This document shows positions 14,223-24,363 of a DNA stretch of 64,000 nucleotides, one piece after another (the stretch's first letter is position 1; every line of letters begins with the position of its first letter). The notes under the pieces are model-generated. The model was given only the letters and a program-made list of their open reading frames with translations, was not told where the DNA came from and did no database searches. Made by a program: the position numbers and the translations under genes. Origin of the DNA: Aquiluna sp. (lineage in GTDB: Bacteria > Actinomycetota > Actinomycetes > Actinomycetales > Microbacteriaceae); contig JAOHCW010000003.1 in NCBI GenBank assembly GCA_028095925.1, positions 3,470 through 67,469 of the forward strand, written 5' to 3'.

Positions 14223-15887
14223 ATGGCGGTTAGCTCTGGGAATGTAAGACATGTGTTTGTCACCGGAGGCGTCGCCTCCTCATTAGGCAAGGGCCTCACT
14301 GCCGCCTCACTCGGAAATCTCCTTAGAGCCAGAGGGCTCTCAGTGGTCATGCAGAAGCTTGACCCCTACCTAAACGTTGATCCCGGGACCATGAACCCCT
14401 TCCAGCACGGTGAAGTGTTTGTCACTGACGATGGTGCTGAGACTGACCTCGATATTGGTCACTACGAGCGCTTTCTGGATATCAATCTCAACTCCGCAGC
14501 GAATGTAACTACCGGTCAGGCCTACTCAACGGTTATTGCCAAGGAGCGCAGCGGCGAGTACCTCGGTGACACGGTTCAGGTGATTCCCCACATCACTGAT
14601 GAGCTAAAGCGGAGAATGCGCTTGCAGGCCGAGATGGAACCAAAGCCGGATGTGATCATCACTGAGATTGGTGGAACAGTCGGTGATATCGAGTCGCAGC
14701 CATTTATGGAGGCCGCTCGTCAGGTTCGTCAGGACGTTGGCAGGGACAACGTCTTTTTTGTTCACGTCACCCTAGTTCCCTACCTCAACCCCTCTGGAGA
14801 GCTCAAGACCAAGCCAACCCAGCACTCGGTTGCCATGTTGCGCTCACTGGGTATTCAGCCAGATGCCATCGTCTGCCGTTCGGACAGAGAGCTGCCGGAT
14901 GGAATCAAGAACAAGATTTCGCAGATGTGTGACGTTGTCAGAGAAGCGGTTGTGACCGCAGCCGATGCCTCGTCGATCTATGACATTCCAAAGGTCCTTC
15001 ACTCCGAGGGACTCGACTCCTACATCATCAAGGCCCTCAATCTAAAGGCCAAAGATGTCGACTGGAGCGGTTGGCAGCCTGTGCTAACGGCAGTCCATGA
15101 GCCAAAACATGAGGTGAACATTGGGCTGGTTGGAAAATACATCGACCTTCCCGATGCCTACCTATCGGTGACAGAGGCCCTCAGGGCCGGAGGCTTTGCC
15201 AATTCCACCAAGGTCAATATTCACTGGATCAAATCCGATGATTGCGAGAGCGCCTCTGGGGCAAGAGAGAACCTCGCAGAGCTCGATGCAATATGTGTTC
15301 CTGGAGGTTTTGGCATTCGCGGCATCGAGGGCAAGCTCGGTGCTTTGAAGTTTGCAAGAGAGAACCAAGTACCAACCCTTGGCCTTTGTTTGGGTTTGCA
15401 ATGCATGGTGATTGAGTACTCGCGAAACGTCGTTGGCATTGAGGGCGCGACCTCAAGTGAGTTTGAGCCTGAGGCAAAGAACCACGTGATTGCAACCATG
15501 GCGGAACAGGTCGAGCTTTTGGACAAGTCGGAGATGGGCGGGACCATGCGGCTGGGGCTGTATGAGGCCAAGCTCGAAAAGGGTTCGCTCGTGCAGAAGC
15601 TCTACGGTGCTGACTCCGCCTCGGAGAGACACCGCCACCGCTATGAGGTAAACAATGCCTTCAGGGAACAAATAGCGGGGGCAGGGCTCGTCTTCTCAGG
15701 GACCTCTCCCGACGGAAGCCTGGTTGAGTACGTGGAGCTTCCAAAGGAAGTCCACCCCTTCTACGTTGCGACACAGGCTCACCCCGAGTTCAAGTCTCGC
15801 CCCACCAGGGCAAACCCACTATTCGATGGACTTATCAAAGCCGCTCTAGAAAGACAGAAGTCTCAGCGGCTATTTGACGAGAGCTAA
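14223..15887 (+). CDS. pyrG: CTP synthase
   Basis: [41 protein letters not shown]. Confidence 0.98.
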   Translation: MAVSSGNVRHVFVTGGVASSLGKGLTAASLGNLLRARGLSVVMQKLDPYLNVDPGTMNPFQHGEVFVTDDGAETDLDIGHYERFLDINLNSAANVTTGQAYSTVIAKERSGEYLGDTVQVIPHITDELKRRMRLQAEMEPKPDVIITEIGGTVGDIESQPFMEAARQVRQDVGRDNVFFVHVTLVPYLNPSGELKTKPTQHSVAMLRSLGIQPDAIVCRSDRELPDGIKNKISQMCDVVREAVVTAADASSIYDIPKVLHSEGLDSYIIKALNLKAKDVDWSGWQPVLTAVHEPKHEVNIGLVGKYIDLPDAYLSVTEALRAGGFANSTKVNIHWIKSDDCESASGARENLAELDAICVPGGFGIRGIEGKLGALKFARENQVPTLGLCLGLQCMVIEYSRNVVGIEGATSSEFEPEAKNHVIATMAEQVELLDKSEMGGTMRLGLYEAKLEKGSLVQKLYGADSASERHRHRYEVNNAFREQIAGAGLVFSGTSPDGSLVEYVELPKEVHPFYVATQAHPEFKSRPTRANPLFDGLIKAALERQKSQRLFDES

Positions 15888-15892
15888 TTTCC

Positions 15893-16789
15893 ATGTCGCC
15901 GCTTGAGCGCTATTTGCGGCATCTGACCGTTGAGCGCGGGCTTTCTAAAAACACCCTCGCTGCTTACCGAGCTGACCTTGCAAAATATGCGGATTTCCTT
16001 GAAGCAGCTGGCACCGAGCCAATGACCGCATCTCATCTTGATTTGGAGGAGTTTTCAAACAGGCTCACGGAATCAGGGTTTCGGGCGTCGAGTCGAGCGC
16101 GAATCCTCGCGGCAGTGCGGGGCTTTCATAAGTTTCTTGCATTAGAGGGCCTCAGAGTGGACGATCCAACCTCGCGCCTCAGGCAGCCCAAGCTTCCGAG
16201 TCGCCTACCCAAGGCACTTTCTCAGGAGCAGGTTGTGAAACTCCTGGAGGCTTCGGGTCCCGAACCGTATGATGAAGCTGCCGACCGAATTCGGCTGCGC
16301 GACAGGGCGATTGTTGAGCTGATGTATTCCAGTGGCGCAAGGGTTAGTGAGGTTGTAGCACTGGATTTGGATGAGGTGACCGATGACGGTCTCATTAGGG
16401 TGCGAGGCAAGGGCTCCAAGGAGCGCGTAGTTCCCGTGGGGTCATTTGCTGCAAAGAGTCTTGACGCCTACCTGGTTCGGACTCGGCCAGAGCTTGCAAA
16501 GCTGAGAGGGGAGCGAGCACTGTTTTTAAACAAGCAGGGTGGAAGGCTCAGCAGGCAAAGCATCTGGGAGATTATCCAGAAAGCTGGGGCGCAGGCCGAA
16601 CTCGATGTATCGCCGCATACCCTGAGGCATTCCTTCGCAACCCATCTGATTGAGGGTGGAGCAGATGTCAGGGTGGTGCAGGAGCTATTGGGCCACGCAT
16701 CGGTTGCGACGACGCAGATCTATACGCTAGTAACCGTTGACACGCTGCGAGAGGTGTATTCGCAAGCTCACCCCCGTGCACGGCGGTAG
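15893..16789 (+). CDS. xerD: site-specific tyrosine recombinase XerD
   Basis: RVSE, GKGSKER, HTLRHSFATH, LGH, TTQIYT; conserved pyrG-xerD-parA position. Confidence 0.92.
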   Translation: MSPLERYLRHLTVERGLSKNTLAAYRADLAKYADFLEAAGTEPMTASHLDLEEFSNRLTESGFRASSRARILAAVRGFHKFLALEGLRVDDPTSRLRQPKLPSRLPKALSQEQVVKLLEASGPEPYDEAADRIRLRDRAIVELMYSSGARVSEVVALDLDEVTDDGLIRVRGKGSKERVVPVGSFAAKSLDAYLVRTRPELAKLRGERALFLNKQGGRLSRQSIWEIIQKAGAQAELDVSPHTLRHSFATHLIEGGADVRVVQELLGHASVATTQIYTLVTVDTLREVYSQAHPRARR

Positions 16790-16814
16790 GCTAGAGCAAT
16801 AAATATGGGAGGTC

Positions 16815-17642
16815 ATGGTGGATCTTTCTAAGAAGACATTTGCCACCCCGGCCAAGCTGAAACAGCATGGCCCAGCGCGCATCATTGCCATGTGCAATCA
16901 AAAAGGTGGCGTCGGCAAGACAACGACCACAATCAATCTTGCTGCCGCACTAGCAGAGTACGGCAGAAAAATTCTTGTGGTGGATTTTGATCCGCAAGGT
17001 GCGCTGTCAGTAAACCTCGCAAGCGACTACCAAGAGGCCCCGACCATTTATGACCTGATGATGGACACCTCAATGCACCCTCGCGAGGCCATCCAGCAGA
17101 CCAACATTGAAAACCTTGACATTATCCCGGCGAACATTGACCTATCTGCGGCCGAGATGAACCTCGTCACTGAAATGGGACGCGAGAGAGTGCTCGATGG
17201 CATTCTCAAGAAGGTCAAGGCCGATTACGACGTAATTTTCATTGACTGCCAGCCATCTCTGGGTCTGCTAACCGTCAACGCCCTAACGGCGGCTCACGGG
17301 GTTCTAATACCTATGGCAACGGAGTTCTTTGCCCTCAGGGGAGTGGCGCTGCTGATCCAGACCATCGACAAGGTTAAGGCTCGCACCAACCCAACTCTTG
17401 AACTTGATGGCCTAATTCCAACCATGCATGACCAGCGCACCCTGCACTCTCGAGAGGTCCTTGAGAGGCTGCAGGAGGCGTTCCCTGGCAAGGTCTTTGA
17501 CACGGCAATCAGTCGCACCATCAAGTTCCCGGATGCCACTGTGGCGAAGAAGCCCATCACCCAGTTTGCTCCTTCCTCAGATGCTGCCGAGGGTTACAGG
17601 CGCGTGGCGAGAGAGCTTGTAAAACGTGGCTGTGCAGCTTGA
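16815..17642 (+). CDS. ParA/Soj family ATPase (Rv1708-like)
   Basis: NQKGGVGKTT, DFDPQG, DCQPSLG; upstream of scpA. Confidence 0.92.
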   Translation: MVDLSKKTFATPAKLKQHGPARIIAMCNQKGGVGKTTTTINLAAALAEYGRKILVVDFDPQGALSVNLASDYQEAPTIYDLMMDTSMHPREAIQQTNIENLDIIPANIDLSAAEMNLVTEMGRERVLDGILKKVKADYDVIFIDCQPSLGLLTVNALTAAHGVLIPMATEFFALRGVALLIQTIDKVKARTNPTLELDGLIPTMHDQRTLHSREVLERLQEAFPGKVFDTAISRTIKFPDATVAKKPITQFAPSSDAAEGYRRVARELVKRGCAA

Positions 17643-18429
17643 GTCTGAGGTTGACTTCCAGCTTCAGCTAGATAACTTCGAGGGCCCCTTTGATCTTTTG
17701 CTGAACCTAATTGGTCGGCACGAGATGGAGATCACCCAGGTTGCTCTCGCAAAGGTAACTAACGAGTTCTTGAAGTACGTCAAAGGCCTGGACGCAAAAA
17801 AAGAGATTGATAGCGCGAGCGAGTTCTTAGTTGTTGCGGCAACGCTCCTAGATATGAAGCTTGCCAGCTTGCTTCCGCAGGGTGAAGTTGTGGACTCAGA
17901 GGACGTCTCTCTCCTGGAGGCTAGGGACCTATTGTTCGCCAGGCTGCTGCAGTATCGTGCCTTCAAAGAGGTTGCCTCTTGGTTCAGTAACGCTCTTGAT
18001 GCAGAGTCGCATCGCTACCCAAGGGCGGTAAGGCTGGAGGAGCCCTATAGGAATCTCCGTCCAGAGCTCGAGTGGAAAACCACTATTCATGAGCTTCACG
18101 ACATCGCTAAGGCCGCACTTGCCCCCAAGCCCGTGCCCGAGGTCGGGACCTCTCACCTCCATGCTCCGAAGGTTTCAATCAGGGAGCAGGTCGGCATAAT
18201 GGTCAAGAAACTCCGACAGGCTGGAAAGCTTACCTTCCGCCAGCTAATCAGTGACACCAGCGACAGGGCAGAGTTTGTGGCAAGGTTCCTAGGAATTCTC
18301 GAGCTCTATCGGATCGGTGCCGTAGGCCTAAAGCAGGAGGAGAGCTTTAGCGAAATCGACATTCAATGGCAATCGAAGGACGTTGATCAGGATCAACTGG
18401 CAAAATTAGGCGCTGACTATGACAACTGA
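17626..18429 (+). CDS. scpA: segregation and condensation protein A
   Basis: FEGPFDLLL.LI, ARFL.ILEL. Confidence 0.93.
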   Translation: MAVQLESEVDFQLQLDNFEGPFDLLLNLIGRHEMEITQVALAKVTNEFLKYVKGLDAKKEIDSASEFLVVAATLLDMKLASLLPQGEVVDSEDVSLLEARDLLFARLLQYRAFKEVASWFSNALDAESHRYPRAVRLEEPYRNLRPELEWKTTIHELHDIAKAALAPKPVPEVGTSHLHAPKVSIREQVGIMVKKLRQAGKLTFRQLISDTSDRAEFVARFLGILELYRIGAVGLKQEESFSEIDIQWQSKDVDQDQLAKLGADYDN

Positions 18430-18967
18430 TCTTTCAATGCGTGCTGCCCTGGAGGCTTTGCTAACCGTCTCGGAAACCCCACTGAGCATTGTGACCCTCG
18501 CGGGGGCGCTTGAGTCCCCAATTAATGAGGTGCGGAAGGAAATTGAGGCGCTTCAAGCAGACTACGACTCAGCGCACGATGGCCAAGGCAGAGGGTTTGA
18601 GCTCCGTGAGGTAGGCGGTGGTTGGAGGCTGTATGTGAGGCAGACTCACGACTGGGGTGTTCGGCAGCTGGTAGCAAACGAGAATCCGGCAAAGCTTTCT
18701 CAGGCTGCCCTAGAAACTCTCTCGGTTATCGCTTACCGGCAGCCAATCTCCCGTGGGCAGATCTCCTCCATTCGCGGAGTAAACGTAGATTCGGTTGTCA
18801 GAACCTTGATTTCTCGCGGGCTGGTAGTTGAGCTATTCCAAGATCAAGACTCCGGAGCATCCATGTTTGGAACTACCGACTTGCTGCTCGAGCAGTTGGG
18901 CATAAATTCACTTGAGGAGCTTCCTCCAATTAGCCCACACCTACCAGACCAGGACAACATTGACTGA
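18419..18967 (+). CDS. scpB: segregation and condensation protein B
   Basis: LSQAALETL.VIAYRQP, IRGV. Confidence 0.94.
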   Translation: MTTDLSMRAALEALLTVSETPLSIVTLAGALESPINEVRKEIEALQADYDSAHDGQGRGFELREVGGGWRLYVRQTHDWGVRQLVANENPAKLSQAALETLSVIAYRQPISRGQISSIRGVNVDSVVRTLISRGLVVELFQDQDSGASMFGTTDLLLEQLGINSLEELPPISPHLPDQDNID

Positions 18968-19706
18968 CGATGGCATAAGGCTTCAAAAGGCACTATCCGC
19001 AGCAGGAGTTTCCTCACGTCGCAAGGCGGAAGAGATGATGCTTCAGGGCAGAGTGAAAGTGAACGGCAAGGTCGTTAGGGAGCTTGGCACCAGAGTCGAT
19101 CCGCAGAGCGATTCAGTCATGGTGGACGGCAGGCCCATTCAGCTCGATCCGGACCGCATCTACCTCGCATTTCACAAACCCAAGGGAATCGTCTCCACCA
19201 TGGAGGACGAGTTCGGAAGGCCCTGCCTTGCGGACTTCTTTGTTCAGTACGAGCGTGTTTTCAATGTGGGAAGGCTAGACCAGGACACCTCTGGCATTTT
19301 GCTTATGACCAACGATGGAGACCTGGCAAACCAGCTAGCTCACCCCAGCTATGAGGTGGAGAAGCTCTACTTCGCCAAAGTAAAGGGCAAGATTCAAAGG
19401 ACTGAGCTGCAGCGGCTTAGAGATGGTGTGAAGCTTGAGGACGGTCTCCAAAAGGCTGACACCGTAAAGCTCATTGATCAAAACAACATTGAGTCTCTTG
19501 TTGAGCTAACTCTGCACTCGGGGAAAAACCGCATCGTTCGCAGGATGTTCGAAGCTGTTGGGCACGAGGTAATTGAGCTTACGCGCAAGAGCTTTGGCCC
19601 ACTCAGGCTGGGCCCAATGAAGCCCGGACAGGTTAGGGAGCTGGGTAAGCTTGAGGTCAGCAGCCTGATGGAGGCGGCGGGTTCAGGCAAGACAAAGAGG
19701 CGCTAG
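18960..19706 (+). CDS. rluB: rRNA pseudouridine synthase (RluB/RsuA family)
   Basis: S4 RLQKAL..AG..SRR, GRLD catalytic motif, G(K)NRIVRRM; start probably TTG 18960. Confidence 0.88.
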   Translation: MTDDGIRLQKALSAAGVSSRRKAEEMMLQGRVKVNGKVVRELGTRVDPQSDSVMVDGRPIQLDPDRIYLAFHKPKGIVSTMEDEFGRPCLADFFVQYERVFNVGRLDQDTSGILLMTNDGDLANQLAHPSYEVEKLYFAKVKGKIQRTELQRLRDGVKLEDGLQKADTVKLIDQNNIESLVELTLHSGKNRIVRRMFEAVGHEVIELTRKSFGPLRLGPMKPGQVRELGKLEVSSLMEAAGSGKTKRR

Positions 19707-20068
19707 TGGCAGTTAGAGCAATTCGCGGAGCTATTCAGCTCGAGAGTGACGAGCGCGAGCACCTACTCAAGTCAACCGCTGAACTTGTCACCAAGGTGCT
19801 GCACGAGAACTCTCTCGATGCTGCAGATTTAATCTCAATCTGGTTCACCGCAACCCCTGATGTTGTCAGTGAATTTCCCGCTCTAGCCGCAAGAGAGCTT
19901 GGTCTTGGTGACGTTCCACTGATGTGCTCAGTGGAGATGGATGTCGCTGGGGCTATGCCGCGAGTGATTCGTCTCATGATGCACGTGGACACGAAGAAGC
20001 AGCGCAGCGAGATTAGCCACATCTACCTTCGCGGTGCGCAAGCACTCAGGACCGATCTAGCGCAGTGA
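19706..20068 (+). CDS. aroH: chorismate mutase, AroH type
   Basis: VRAIRGA, FTATPD..S.FPA..AR, YLRGA..LR.DL. Confidence 0.92.
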   Translation: MAVRAIRGAIQLESDEREHLLKSTAELVTKVLHENSLDAADLISIWFTATPDVVSEFPALAARELGLGDVPLMCSVEMDVAGAMPRVIRLMMHVDTKKQRSEISHIYLRGAQALRTDLAQ

Positions 20069-21132
20069 GCTCAGAGCGCATAAAGATAGTTGGGGCTGGC
20101 CTTATTGGCACATCCCTCGGTCTAGCGCTCTCCAAACACGGCGTTGATGTAGGACTTGAAAACCGATCAAAGGCAAACCTCCGCCTCGCAATTGAGTACG
20201 GAGCAGGCAGTGAGGCAAATGGCGAATACAACCTGGTAATCGTTTGTGTCTCACCAGAGATGACCGCGGAGGTTGTTGCGGGGCAATTGGAAAAGCACCC
20301 CGAGGCTTTGGTCACCGACGTTGCCAGCGTTAAGGCAGAAATTGCACTTGAGGTTGCAGGAATCGCTCCAGATCACGCCCATAGGTACTTAGGTTCTCAC
20401 CCAATGGCGGGAAGAGAAAAGGGTGGGCCAGGCGCGGCGAGGGCAGACTTATTTTTTGCTAGGCCTTGGGTGATAACCCCTTCTGCAGACAATTCACCTA
20501 CGTTGGTCGAGAGGCTAAAGAATCTTGCTATGCAGCTCAGTGCGCTTCCAATTGTTATGAGTGCAGAAGAGCACGATCGGGCAGTCGCACTTGTTTCTCA
20601 CCTGCCTCAGCTAGTTTCATCGGCACTAGCCGCAAGGCTCCACTCTGGAAACGAGCAGCAGCTCGGACTTGCAGGCCAGGGACTAAGGGACGCCTCCCGC
20701 ATCGCTTCCAGCGATCCGGATTTGTGGCTGCAGATTCTCTCTCAAAATGCCAATCTGGTGTCGCCTTTGCTGGCTGAATTCAAAAAGGACATTGAGGAGC
20801 TGCTTCAAAGTCTAGAAAATCTAGACTCACCAGGCTCACTTGCGAAGCTCCACAGCCTTCTGGAACGCGGAAACCGCGGAGTTTCGAGAATCCCGGGTAA
20901 GCACGGAGGAAAGTTTGTTAACTACCAACTCTTGACAGTTGTGATCGATGACAGCCCAGGATCTCTCGCTTCCCTACTGACCTTCATAGGTGAGGTTGGC
21001 GTGAACATCGAGGACCTCAAGCTTGAGCACTCTCCGGGGGCTCAAATAGGTTTGGTTGAGATTCAGGTCCTTCCAGAGGCGGCAGAGCGACTGAGTGAAC
21101 AGCTCACCCAAAACGGTTGGCGACTGGTCTAA
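20065..21132 (+). CDS. tyrA: prephenate dehydrogenase with C-terminal ACT domain
   Basis: GAGLIG, DVASVK, HPMAG, HD..VA.VSHLP. Confidence 0.93.
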   Translation: MSSERIKIVGAGLIGTSLGLALSKHGVDVGLENRSKANLRLAIEYGAGSEANGEYNLVIVCVSPEMTAEVVAGQLEKHPEALVTDVASVKAEIALEVAGIAPDHAHRYLGSHPMAGREKGGPGAARADLFFARPWVITPSADNSPTLVERLKNLAMQLSALPIVMSAEEHDRAVALVSHLPQLVSSALAARLHSGNEQQLGLAGQGLRDASRIASSDPDLWLQILSQNANLVSPLLAEFKKDIEELLQSLENLDSPGSLAKLHSLLERGNRGVSRIPGKHGGKFVNYQLLTVVIDDSPGSLASLLTFIGEVGVNIEDLKLEHSPGAQIGLVEIQVLPEAAERLSEQLTQNGWRLV

Positions 21133-21764
21133 TGCCTTTAGTAGTAGCAATAGACGGACCTGCCGGATCTGGAAAATCAAGCGTCTCGAAGGCGGTCGCG
21201 GAGCGCCTTAGCTTTGGCTATCTCGACACCGGAGCGGGCTACCGGGCCTTCGCTCTGCATGCCATAAACAATCCAGACATTCCCTTAGAAGAACTTCTCA
21301 ATTCTTTCGACTACGAGATCTCGCTAGATCCTCAGAAAGCCCAGTTGCTGCTCGGGGGAGTGGACGTAACCGGTGAGATAAGAACCCAGGAGGTTGCCTC
21401 CAGAGTCTCAGAGTTTGCGAGGGAGCCGGGGGTGCGCTCTCTTCAGCACCAGGACGCTAGGTCGCGAGTAGCACAATGCGGACTCGATGGCATAGTTTCC
21501 GAGGGCCGAGATCTAACCACCGTGGTCTTTGCAGATGCCGACGTCCGAATCCTGCTCACAGCAAGTGAGGAGATCAGGCTCCAAAGAAGAAGCGCAGAGA
21601 AAACTGAGAGCACTGAAAACCTGAAAGCTCGTGACGCTTCAGACTCGAAGGTCGTTGAGTTTATGGCTCCCGCCGAGGGAGTGAAGCTAATCGACACTTC
21701 CCACCTAAGCTTCGAGGAGAGTGTCGAGGCAGTAATTGCTGAAATTGAGAGGTCACGCGCATGA
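21132..21764 (+). CDS. cmk: cytidylate kinase
   Basis: [25 protein letters not shown] overlaps tyrA stop. Confidence 0.95.
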   Translation: MPLVVAIDGPAGSGKSSVSKAVAERLSFGYLDTGAGYRAFALHAINNPDIPLEELLNSFDYEISLDPQKAQLLLGGVDVTGEIRTQEVASRVSEFAREPGVRSLQHQDARSRVAQCGLDGIVSEGRDLTTVVFADADVRILLTASEEIRLQRRSAEKTESTENLKARDASDSKVVEFMAPAEGVKLIDTSHLSFEESVEAVIAEIERSRA

Positions 21765-23209
21765 GCGACGAGGAGCTCGAGATTGCCAAGGCAAACCTGC
21801 TGCGCGATGAACTAAAGTCCTACGAGCTCGAGGAAGATGACATTGAAATTCTTGAGACTGACCTCGATGACTATGGCTCCGAGACTTACCTTCCCGCTCC
21901 ACCTGTTTTAGCTGTTGTCGGAAGACCGAATGTTGGTAAATCTGCACTGGTTAACAGGATTCTCGGTCGCAGAGAGGCCGTGGTTGAGGACAAGCCGGGC
22001 ATCACGAGAGACAGGGTGACTTACCGCGCCGAATGGAACGGCAGGCAGATTTCACTTGTCGATACTGGTGGCTGGGAAATTGACGCGGAGGGTATTCACC
22101 TTTCAGTGGCAGAGCAGGCTGAGGTTGCCGTTGAGCTCGCCGATGCTGTGCTGTTTGTCGTGGATGCAATGGTTGGCCCGACCGCCTCTGACGAGCAGGT
22201 TGTGAAGATGCTTAGATCCTCGGGCAAGCCGGTGCTGTTGGTTGCCAACAAGATTGATGACGCACACCTCGAACCAGAGGCGGCTTCGCTTTGGTCCTTA
22301 GGTCTAGGAGAGCCATACCCAGTCTCAGCGCTGCACGGTAGGGGAGTAGCGGACCTACTGGATGCAGCGATAAAGGTTCTTCCCCAGCAGTCCAAGATTG
22401 CACCCGATGAACACATCGGGCCTCGACGGGTTGCCCTTATTGGCAGGCCAAACGTTGGAAAGTCCTCGCTACTCAACAAGGCAACCGGGACCAATCGGGC
22501 AGTGGTCAACGAACTTGCCGGCACAACTCGCGACCCGGTTGATGAGCAGGTCGAAATCTCGGGCAAGATCTGGAGGTTTGTTGACACTGCTGGTATTCGA
22601 AGGCGCATGCATCGTCAGCAGGGTGCTGACTTCTACGCCTCGCTTCGAACCGCAGCTGCTCTCGAGAGGGCAGAGGTGGCAGTGGTGCTATTCGATGTCA
22701 CCGAACCCATTAGTGAGGCGGACATTCGCATCGTTCAGCTGGCCTTAGATTCTGGTCGAGCTTTGGTTTTGGCATTCAACAAATGGGACATGCTCGATGA
22801 TGAGCGGCGCATCTACTTGGAGAAGGAAATTGAGTCAGAGTTGGCACATGTCGACTGGGCCCCAAGGGTCAATCTTTCAGCTCTCACTGGCAGGCACCTC
22901 GAGAAACTGGTGCCTGCTTTGGAGGTAGCGCTTGAGAACTGGGACAGGCGAATCCCGACTGGCAAGATAAACGCCTTTATTCAAGAACTTCAGGCATCGA
23001 ACCCCCACCCAATCAGGGGTGGCAAGCAGCCGAGGATTCTTTTCGGAACACAGGCGGCATCAAGGCCTCCAAAGTTTGTGCTTTTTGCCAGCGGTTTTCT
23101 GGAGGCCGGTTACCGCAGGTTCATTATTCGCAAGCTTCGAGAGCTCTACGGCTTTGAAGGAACCCCAGTTGAAATTGGGGTGAGGGTCAGGGAGAAGAGG
23201 TCAAGATGA
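21761..23209 (+). CDS. der: ribosome biogenesis GTPase Der
   Basis: two GRPNVGKS G-domains plus KH-like C-terminus. Confidence 0.97.
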   Translation: MSDEELEIAKANLLRDELKSYELEEDDIEILETDLDDYGSETYLPAPPVLAVVGRPNVGKSALVNRILGRREAVVEDKPGITRDRVTYRAEWNGRQISLVDTGGWEIDAEGIHLSVAEQAEVAVELADAVLFVVDAMVGPTASDEQVVKMLRSSGKPVLLVANKIDDAHLEPEAASLWSLGLGEPYPVSALHGRGVADLLDAAIKVLPQQSKIAPDEHIGPRRVALIGRPNVGKSSLLNKATGTNRAVVNELAGTTRDPVDEQVEISGKIWRFVDTAGIRRRMHRQQGADFYASLRTAAALERAEVAVVLFDVTEPISEADIRIVQLALDSGRALVLAFNKWDMLDDERRIYLEKEIESELAHVDWAPRVNLSALTGRHLEKLVPALEVALENWDRRIPTGKINAFIQELQASNPHPIRGGKQPRILFGTQAASRPPKFVLFASGFLEAGYRRFIIRKLRELYGFEGTPVEIGVRVREKRSR

Positions 23210-24063
23210 TCGCCAATCTCCTGCGCGGCTTCCTCATCGGCATAGCCGAGGTTATCCCTGGGGTTTCCGGTGGAACAATTGCCCTCATCGTCGGCATCTA
23301 TGAACGAATCATTGGCTCTGCGGCCACTGCGGTTGAAGCTCTTGTTTTTCTAGTTAGAGGGAGACTCCAAGACGCAAAAGCATCGGCAAAGCAAATTGAC
23401 TGGCTTTTGGTTTTACCGGTTCTAAGCGGGATGCTTGTTGCAATCTTTGCAGCTGCTGCAGAAATCGAGCCGCTTCTTGAGAGCCAGCCGGAGAACATGC
23501 GAGGGCTCTTCGCAGGTCTAATCCTTGTGTCGCTGATAGTTCCCTATCGAATGGTTAGAGCAAGCTGGCGAGCAGCTGACTACCTTATGGGTCTGATGGC
23601 AGCAGCGCTTTCTTTTGTGTTGGTGAGCCTTCCTCGGCAGGAGGTAACTGATGCAAGCTTGATTCTGGTTTTTCTGGCGGCCGCGGTTGCGGTTTGTGCA
23701 CTTGTGCTCCCGGGAGTCTCGGGCTCGTTCCTATTGCTCGCTATTGGTTTCTATGCACCTACGATCACTGCCGTGAATGACCTAGATCTTGGCTACCTGA
23801 GTGTTTTTGTGCTTGGAGCGATTGTTGGATTGGCGCTGTTTTCAACTGTCCTTAGGCGGCTCCTAGTAAACCAACGAAGAATAACCCTTGTAGTCATGAC
23901 GGGTTTGATGCTTGGGTCACTCAGGGCACTTTGGCCATGGCAGGACAACTTAGGACAACCTGTTAGTCCAGGGAGCCTCACCCCGCTTGTTTTCTTCGTG
24001 GTCGGAGCACTGGTTGTCACTGTACTTCTATGGGTTCAGTCTCGAGCAAGTAAAGCCCAATAG
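23206..24063 (+). CDS. DUF368 family membrane protein (putative undecaprenyl-phosphate translocase)
   Basis: two IPGVSGG / LPGVSGS repeats, GSLR.LWPW. Confidence 0.88.
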   Translation: MIANLLRGFLIGIAEVIPGVSGGTIALIVGIYERIIGSAATAVEALVFLVRGRLQDAKASAKQIDWLLVLPVLSGMLVAIFAAAAEIEPLLESQPENMRGLFAGLILVSLIVPYRMVRASWRAADYLMGLMAAALSFVLVSLPRQEVTDASLILVFLAAAVAVCALVLPGVSGSFLLLAIGFYAPTITAVNDLDLGYLSVFVLGAIVGLALFSTVLRRLLVNQRRITLVVMTGLMLGSLRALWPWQDNLGQPVSPGSLTPLVFFVVGALVVTVLLWVQSRASKAQ

Positions 24064-24078
24064 ACTAGGCACCTGAAG

Positions 24079-24152
24079 CGGGCTGTAGCGCAGCTTGGTA
24101 GCGCACTTGTCTGGGGGACAAGGGGTCGTGGGTTCAAATCCCGCCAGCCCGA
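24079..24152 (+). tRNA. tRNA-Pro(GGG), CCA not encoded
   Basis: acceptor CGGGCTG/CAGCCCG, anticodon arm CTTGT-CTGGGGG-ACAAG, T loop GGTTCAAATCC; -10 TAGACT at 24061. Confidence 0.97.
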
Positions 24153-24363
24153 CTAAATGTCTACCCTGCGTTCAAGCTGTCAGGTGCTGCTACGAGGAGA
24201 CAACCCAATCAAGTGGGGTCAATTAGCTGTCATCGCACATCTCACACAACAATTTGAAACATCAATTATCGGCGGGTAGGCTAACTCGATGGCTCCGCTC
24301 TTCGGCTCAACTTCGGCCATTTACAACGGAGTTGACAAAGTTTCTGGCTAGTGAGGCTTAGAA

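Noticed and set aside
15893..16789. XerD as the dedicated array integrase
   Set aside because: It is in the usual pyrG-xerD-parA-scpAB housekeeping position, lacks an arm-binding extension or IntI insertion, and the elements do not look like dif sites; trans use is not formally excluded.
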